Shown: positions 56,301 through 64,000 of the stretch, piece after piece
Numbering within the stretch: the stretch's first letter is position 1
Layout: every line of letters begins with the position of its first letter
Notes under the pieces: model-generated
The model's database searches: none
Seen by the model: the letters and a program-made list of their open reading frames with translations, nothing else
Told to the model about the DNA's origin: nothing
Position numbers and translations under genes: made by a program
From: Eledone cirrhosa
Taxonomy: Eukaryota
Length of the DNA: 64,000 bases
Assembly: GCA_964016885.1 (NCBI GenBank)
Contig: CAXHJY010000303.1
Coordinates: 1 to 64,000, forward strand
Direction: 5' to 3'

Positions 56301-59300
56301 TTGGAGGTGAATATTACACCAATTTTACTTTCGGAGTGAATATTACACCAGTTTTACTTTGGAGTGAATATTACACCAATTTTACTTTTGGAGTGAATAT
56401 TACACCAGTTTTACTTTTGGGGTGAATATTACACCAGTTTCACTTTGGAGGTGAATATTACACCAGTTTTACTTTTGGGGTGAATATTACACCAGTTTTA
56501 CTTTTAAGGTGAATATTACACCAGTTTTACTTTGGAAGTGAATATTACACTAGTTTTACTTTTGGGGTGAATATTACACCAGTTTTACTTTAGATGTGAA
56601 TATTACACCAGTTTCACTTTGAAGGTGAATATTACACCAGTTTTACTTTGGAGGTGAATATTACACCAGTTTTACTTTTAGGGTGAATATTACACCAGTT
56701 TCACTTTGGAGGTGAATATTACATCAGTTTTACTTTTGGGGTGAATATTACACCAGTTTCACTTTGGAGGTGAATATTATACCAGTTTTACTTTTGGGGT
56801 GAATATTACACCAGTTTTACTTTTGGAGTGAATATTACACCAGTTTTACTTTTGGAGTGAATATTACACCAGTTTTACTTTTGGAGTGAATATTACACCA
56901 GTTTTACTTTTGGAGTGAATATTACACCAGTTTTACTTTTGGAGTGAATATTACACCAGTTTTACTTTTGGAGTGAATATTACACCAGTTTTACTTTTGG
57001 AGTGAATATTACACCAGTTTTACTTTTGGAGTGAATATTACACCAGTTTTACTTTTGGAGTGAATATTACACCAGTTTTATTTTGGAGGTGAATATTACA
57101 CCAGTTTTACTTTTGGAGGTGAATATTACAACAGTTTTACTTTTGGAGGTGAATATTACACCAGTTTTATTTTGGAGGTGAATATTACACCAGTTTTATT
57201 TTGGAGGTGAATATTACACCAGTTTTACTTTGGAGGTGAATATTACACCCGTTTTACTTTTGGGGTGAATATTACACCAGTTTCACTCTGGAGGTGAATA
57301 TTATACCAGTTTTACTTTTGGGGTTAATATTACACCAGTTTCACTTTGGAGGTGAATATTACACCAGTTTTACTTTCGAGGTGAATATTATACCAGTTTT
57401 ACTTTTGGGGTGAATATTACACCAGTTTCACTTTGGAGGTGAATATTACACCAGTTTTACTTTTGGAGTGAATATTACACCAGTTTTACTTTTGGAGTGA
57501 ATATTACACCAGTTTTACTTTTGGAGTGAATATTACACCAGTTTTACTTTTGGAGTGAATATTACACCAGTTTTACTTTTGGAGTGAATATTACACCAGT
57601 TTTACTTTTGGAGTGAATATTACACCAGTTTTACTTTGGAGGTGAATATTACACCAATTTTACTTTCGGAGTGAATATTACACCAGTTTTACTTTGGAGT
57701 GAATATTACACCAATTTTACTTTTGGAGTGAATATTACACCAGTTTTACTTTTGGGGTGAATATTACACCAGTTTCACTTTGGAGGTGAATATTACACCA
57801 GTTTTACTTTTGGGGTGAATATTACACCAGTTTTACTTTTAAGGTGAATATTACACCAGTTTTACTTTGGAAGTGAATATTACACTAGTTTTACTTTTGG
57901 GGTGAATATTACACCAGTTTTACTTTAGATGTGAATATTACACCAGTTTCACTTTGAAGGTGAATATTACACCAGTTTTACTTTGGAAGTGAATATTACA
58001 CAGTTTTACTTTTGGGGTGAATATTACACCAGTTTCACTTTGGAGGTGAATATTACACCAGTTTTACTTTTAAGGTGAATATTACACCAGTTTCACTTTG
58101 GAGGTGAATATTACACCAGTTTTACTTTTGGAGTGAATATTACACCAGTTTTACTTTGGAGGTGAATATTACACCAGTTTTACTTTTGGAGTGAATATTA
58201 CACCAGTTTTACTTTTGGAGTGAATATTACACCAGTTTTACTTTTGGGGTGAATATTACACCAGTTTTACTTTTAAGGTGAATATTACACCAGTTTCACT
58301 TTGAAGGTGAATATTACACCAGTTTTACTTTTAAGGTGAATATTACACCAGTTTCACTTTGGAGGTGAATATTACACCAGTTTCACTTTGGAGGTGAATA
58401 TTACACCAGATTTACTTTTGGGGTGAATATTACACCAGTTTCACTTTTCGGGTGAATATTACACCAGTTTCACTTTGAAGGTGAATATTACACCAGTTTC
58501 ACTTTGAAGGTGAATATTACATCAGTTTTATTTTGGAGGTGAATATTACACCAGTTTTACTTTGGAAGTGAATATTACAGTTTTACTTTTGGGGTGAAAA
58601 TTACACCAGTTTTACTTTTGGGGTGAATATTACACCAGTTTCACTTTGGTGGTGAATATTACACCAGTTTCACTTTGAAGGTGAATATTACATCAGTTTC
58701 ACTTTGGAGGTGAATATTACACCAGTTTTATTTTGGAGGTGAATATTACACCAGTTTCACTTTGGAGGTGAATATTATACCAGTTTTACTTTAGATGTGA
58801 ATATTACACCAGTTTTACTTTTGGGGTGAATATTACATCAGTTTTACTTTGGAAGTGAATATTACACAGTTTTACTTTTGGGGTTAATATTACACCAGTT
58901 TCACTTTGGAGGTGAATATTACACCAGTTTTACTTTTGGGGTGAATATTACACCAGTTTCACTTTGGAGGTGAATATTACACCAGTTTTACTTTTAAGGT
59001 GAATATTACACCAGTTTTACTTTTAAGGTGAATATTACACCAGTTTCACTTTGGAGGTGAATATTACACCAGTTTTACTTTAGATGTGAATATTACACCA
59101 GTTTTACTTTTGGGGTGAATATTACACCAGTTTCACTTTGAAGGTGAATATTACACCAGTTTTACTTTGGAAGTGAATATTACACAGTTTTACTTTTGGG
59201 GTTAATATTACACCAGTTTCACTTTGGAGGTGAATATTACACCAGTTTTACTTTTGGGGTGAATATTACACCAGTTTCACTTTGAAGGTGAATATTACAC

Positions 59301-62300
59301 CAATTTCACTTTTAAGGTGAATATTACATCAGTTTCACTTTGGAGGTGAATATTATACCAGTTTCACTTTGAAGGTGAATATTACACCAGTTTCACTTTG
59401 GAGGTGAATATTACACCAGTTTTACTTTTAAGGTGAATATTACACCAGTTTCACTTTGAAGGTGAATATTACACCAGTTTTACTTTTAAGGTTAATATTA
59501 CATCAGTTTCACTTTGGAGGTGAATATTACACCAGTTTCACTTTGAAGGGGAATATTACACCAGTTTTACTTTGGAGTTGAATATTACACAGTTTTACTT
59601 TTGGGGTTAATATTACACCAGTTTCACTTTGGAGGTGAATATTACACCAGTTTTACTTTTGGGGTGAATATTACACCAGTTTTACTTTTGGGGTGAATAT
59701 TACACCAGTTTCACTTTGAAGGTGAATATTACACCAATTTCACTTTTAAGGTGAATATTACATCAGTTTCACTTTGGAGGTGAATATTACACCAGTTTCA
59801 CTTTGGAGGTGAATATTATACCAGTTTTACTTTGGAGGTGAATATTACACCAGTTTTATTTTGGAGGCGAATATTACACCAGTTTTACTTTGGAGGTGAA
59901 TATTACACCAGTTTTACTTTTGGGGTGAACATTACACCAGTTTCACTTTGGAGGTGAATATTATACCAGTTTTACTTTTGGGGTGAATATTACACCAGTT
60001 TCACTTTGGAGGTGAATATTACACCAGTTTTACTTTTGGGGCGAATATTACACGAGTTTCACTTTGGAGGTGAATATTATACCAGTTTTACTTTGGATGT
60101 GAATATTACACCAGTTTCACTTTGGAGGTGAATATTATACCAGTTTTACTTTTGGGGTGAATATTACACCAGTTTCACTTTGGAGGTGAATATTACACCA
60201 GTTTTACTTTTGGAGTGAATATTACACCAGTTTTACTTTTGGAGTGAATATTACACCAGTTTTACTTTTGGTGTGAATATTACACCAGTTTTACTTTTGG
60301 AGTGAATATTACACCAGTTTTATTTAGGAGGTGAATATTACACCAGTTTTACTTTTGGAGGTGAATATTACACCAGTTTTACTTTTGGTGGTGAATATTA
60401 CACCAGTTTTATTTTGGAGGTGAATATTACACCAGTTTTATTTTGGAGGTGAATATTACACCAGTTTTACTTTGGAGGTGAATATTACACCAGTTTTACT
60501 TTTGGGGTGAATATTACACCAGTTTCACTTTGGAGGTGAATATTATACCAGTTTTACTTTTGGGGTGAATATTACACCAGTTTCACTTTGGAGGTGAATA
60601 TTACACCAGTTTTACTTTTGGGGTGAATATTACACCAGTTTCACTTTGGAGGTGAATATTATACCAGTTTTACTTTTGGGGTGAATATTACACCAGTTTC
60701 ACTTTGGAGGTGAATATTACACCAGTTTTACTTTTGGAGTGAATATTACACCAGTTTTACTTTTGGAGTGAATATTACACCAGTTTTACTTTTGGAGTGA
60801 ATATTACACCAGTTTTACTTTTGGAGTGAATATTACACCAGTTTTACTTTTGGTGTGAATATTACACCAGTTTTACTTTTGGAGTGAATATTACACCAGT
60901 TTTACTTTTGGAGTGAATATTACACCAGTTTTACTTTTGGAGTGAATATTACACCAGTTTTACTTTGGAGGTGAATATTACACCAATTTTACTTTTGGAG
61001 TGAATATTACACCAGTTTTACTTTGGAGTGAATATTACACCAATTTTACTTTTGGAGTGAATATTACACCAGCTTTACTTTTGGGGTGAATATTACCCCA
61101 GTTTTACTTTTGGGGTGAATATTACACCAGTTTTACTTTTAAGGTGAATATTACACCAGTTTTACTTTGGAAGTGAATATTACACCAGTTTTACTTTTGG
61201 AGTGAATATTACACCAGTTTTACTTTTGGGGTGAATATTACACCAGTTTTACTTTAGATGTGAATATTACACCAGTTTCACTTTGAAGGTGAATATTACA
61301 CCAGTTTTACTTTGGAAGTGAATATTACACCAGTTTTATTTTGGAGGTGAATATTACACCAGTTTCACTTTGGAGGTGAATATTACACCAGTTTCACTTT
61401 TGTGGTGAATATTACACCAGTTTCACTTTGGAGGTGAATATTATACCAGTTTTACTTTAGATGTGAATATTACACCAGTTTTACTTTTGGGATGAATATT
61501 ACATCAGTTTTACTTTGGAAGTGAATATTACACAGTTTTACTTTTGGGGTTAATATTACACCAGTTTCACTTTGGAGGTGAATATTACACCAGTTTTACT
61601 TTTGGGGTGAATATTACACCAGTTTCACTTTGGAGGTGAATATTACACCAGTTTTACTTTTAAGGTGAATATTACACCAGTTTTACTTTTAAGGTGAATA
61701 TTACACCAGTTTCACTTAGGAGGTGAATATTACACCAGTTTTACTTTAGATGTGAATATTACACCAGTTTTACTTTTGGGGTGAATATTACACCAGTTTC
61801 ACTTTGAAGGTGAATATTACACCAGTTTTATTTTGGAAGTGAATATTACACAGTTTTACTTTTGGGGCTAATATTACACCAGTTTCACTTTGGAGGTGAA
61901 TATTACACCAGTTTTACTTTTGGGGTGAATATTACACCAGTTTCACTTTTGAAGGTGAATATTACACCAATTTCACTTTTAAGGTGAATATTACATCAGT
62001 TTCACTTTGGAGGTGAATATTACACCAGTTTCACCTTGAAGGTGAATATTACACCAGTTTCACTTTGGAGGTGAATATTACACCAGTTTTACTTTTAAGG
62101 TGAATATTACACCAGTTTCACTTTGAAGGTGAATATTACACCAGTTTTACTTTTAAGGTGAATATTACATCAGTTTCACTTTGGAGGTGAATATTACACC
62201 AGTTTCACTTTGAAGGTGAATATTACACCAGTTTTACTTTGGAGTTGAATATTACACAGTTTTACTTTTGGGGTTAATATTACACCAGTTTCACTTTGGA

Positions 62301-64000
62301 GGTGAATATTACACCAGTTTTACTTTTGGGGTGAATATTACACCAGTTTTACTTTGAAGGTGAATATTACACCAATTCACTTTTAAGGTGAATATTACAT
62401 CAGTTTCACTTTGGAGGTGAATATTACACCAGTTTCACTTTGGAAGTGAATATTATACCAGTTTTACTTTGGAGGTGAATATTACACCAGTTTTACTTTT
62501 GGGGTGAATATTACACCAGTTTCACTTTGGAGGTGAATATTATACCAGTTTTACTTTAGATGTGAATATTACAAGGGCGGTGCCCCAGCATGGCCTCAGC
62601 CGGATGGCTGAAACAGGTAAGAGAGTAAAAGAGTATTACACCAGTTTTATTTTGGAGGTGAATATTACACCAGTTTTACTTTTGGGGTGAATATTACACC
62701 AGTTTCACTTTGGAGGTGAATATTATACCAGTTTTACTTTTGGGGTGAATATTACACCAGTTTCACTTTGGAGGTGAATATTACACCAGTTCTACTTTTG
62801 GGGTGAATATTACACCAGTTTCACTTTGGAGGTGAATATTATACCAGTTTTACTTTGGAGGTGAATATTACACCAGTTTTACTTTTGGGGTGAATATTAC
62901 ACCAGTTTCACTTTGGAGGTGAATATTATACTAGTTTTACTTTTGGGGTGAATATTACACCAGTTTCACTTTGGAGGTGAATATTACACCAGTTTTACTT
63001 TTGGGGTGAATATTACACCAGTTTCACTTTGGAGGTGAATATTATACCAGTTTTACTTTTGGGGTGAATATTACACCAGTTTCACTTTGGAGGTGAATAT
63101 TACACCAGTTTTACTTTTGGAGTGAATATTACACCAGTTTTACTTTTGGAGTGAATATTACACCAGTTTTACTTTTGGAATGAATATTACACCAGTTTTA
63201 CTTTGGGAGTGAATATTACACCAGTTTTACTTTTGGTGTGAATATTACACCAGTTTTACTTTTGGAGTGAATATTACACCAGTTTTATTTAGGAGGTGAA
63301 TATTACACCAGTTTTACTTTTGGAGGTGAATATTACACCAGTTTTACTTTTGGTGGTGAATATTACACCAGTTTTATTTTGGAGGTGAATATTACACCAG
63401 TTTTACTTTGGAGGTGAATATTACACCAGTTTTACTTTTGGGGTGAATATTACACCAGTTTCACTTTGGAGGTGAATATTATACCAGTTTTACTTTTGGG
63501 GTGAATATTACACCAGTTTCACTTTGGAGGTGAATATTACACCAGTTTTACTTTTGGGGTGAATATTACACCAGTTTCACTTTGGAGGTGAATATTATAC
63601 CAGTTTTACTTCTGGGGTGAATATTACACCAGTTTCACTTTGGAGGTGAATATTACACCAGTTTTACTTTTGGAGTGAATTTTACACCAGTTTTACTTTT
63701 GGAGTGAATATTACACCAGTTTTACTTTTGGAGTGAATATTACACCAGTTTTACTTTTGGAGTGAATATTACACCAGTTTTACTTTTGGTGTGAATATTA
63801 CACCAGTTTTACTTTTGGAGTGAATATTACACCAGTTTTACTTTTGGAGTGAATATTACACCAGTTTTACTTTGGAGGTGAATATTACACCAATTTTACT
63901 TTTGGAGTAAATATTACACCAGTTTTACTTTGGAGTGAATATTACACCAATTTTACTTTTGGAGTGAATATTACACCAGCTTTACTTTTGGGGTGAATAT
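53336..64000. repeat. 29-bp satellite array (~365 units, runs off the window) with higher-order duplications
   Basis: Consensus GTGAATATTACACCAGTTT(C/T)ACTTT(G/T)G(A/G)G; period 29; no spacers. Confidence 0.98.
62574..62633 (+). mobile_element. 60-bp 5'-truncated retroposon 3' end inserted in the satellite
   Basis: TSD TATTACA (62567-62573, 62634-62640); related sequence at ~28386-28440; tail gtaagaga-gtaaaaga. Confidence 0.85.

Noticed and set aside
53336-64000. CRISPR-like array (29-bp partly palindromic repeat with one unique insert)
   Set aside because: Repeats are head-to-tail with no spacers, there are no cas genes, the context is eukaryotic, and the insert is a retroposon tail with a TSD.

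Overview
AT-rich, repeat-saturated animal DNA, most likely cephalopod/octopus (inferred from the SINE families, RTE LINEs with (GAT)n tails and very long (TA)n tracts). Only one host exon is clearly recognisable: the first RING-domain exon of a PCGF3-like Polycomb gene (49414-49548, +). The rest is a degraded CR1-group LINE, several RTE LINE fragments, many tRNA-derived SINEs, a deleted mariner, two non-autonomous Helitrons, TTAA-flanked MITEs, a non-coding 2-kb LTR element, microsatellites and a >10.6-kb 29-bp satellite running off the right end. Four features stand out. (1) Five unrelated type I hammerhead ribozyme motifs (six copies) lie in Penelope-like/retrozyme-like repeats, four of the five within 5.9-14 kb. 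One is in a ~520-bp palindrome, one in a 540-bp terminally redundant unit, and one has a 95-nt branched stem II. (2) The LTR element's tRNA-Trp primer-binding site extends to 32 nt with a mismatch exactly opposite tRNA position 58 (m1A). (3) The satellite arose inside a pogo-like MITE, and an unexpanded sister copy sits 1.5 kb upstream. (4) A uORF stop codon overlaps the PCGF3 start codons. All calls were made by eye; coordinates of degraded repeats are approximate.
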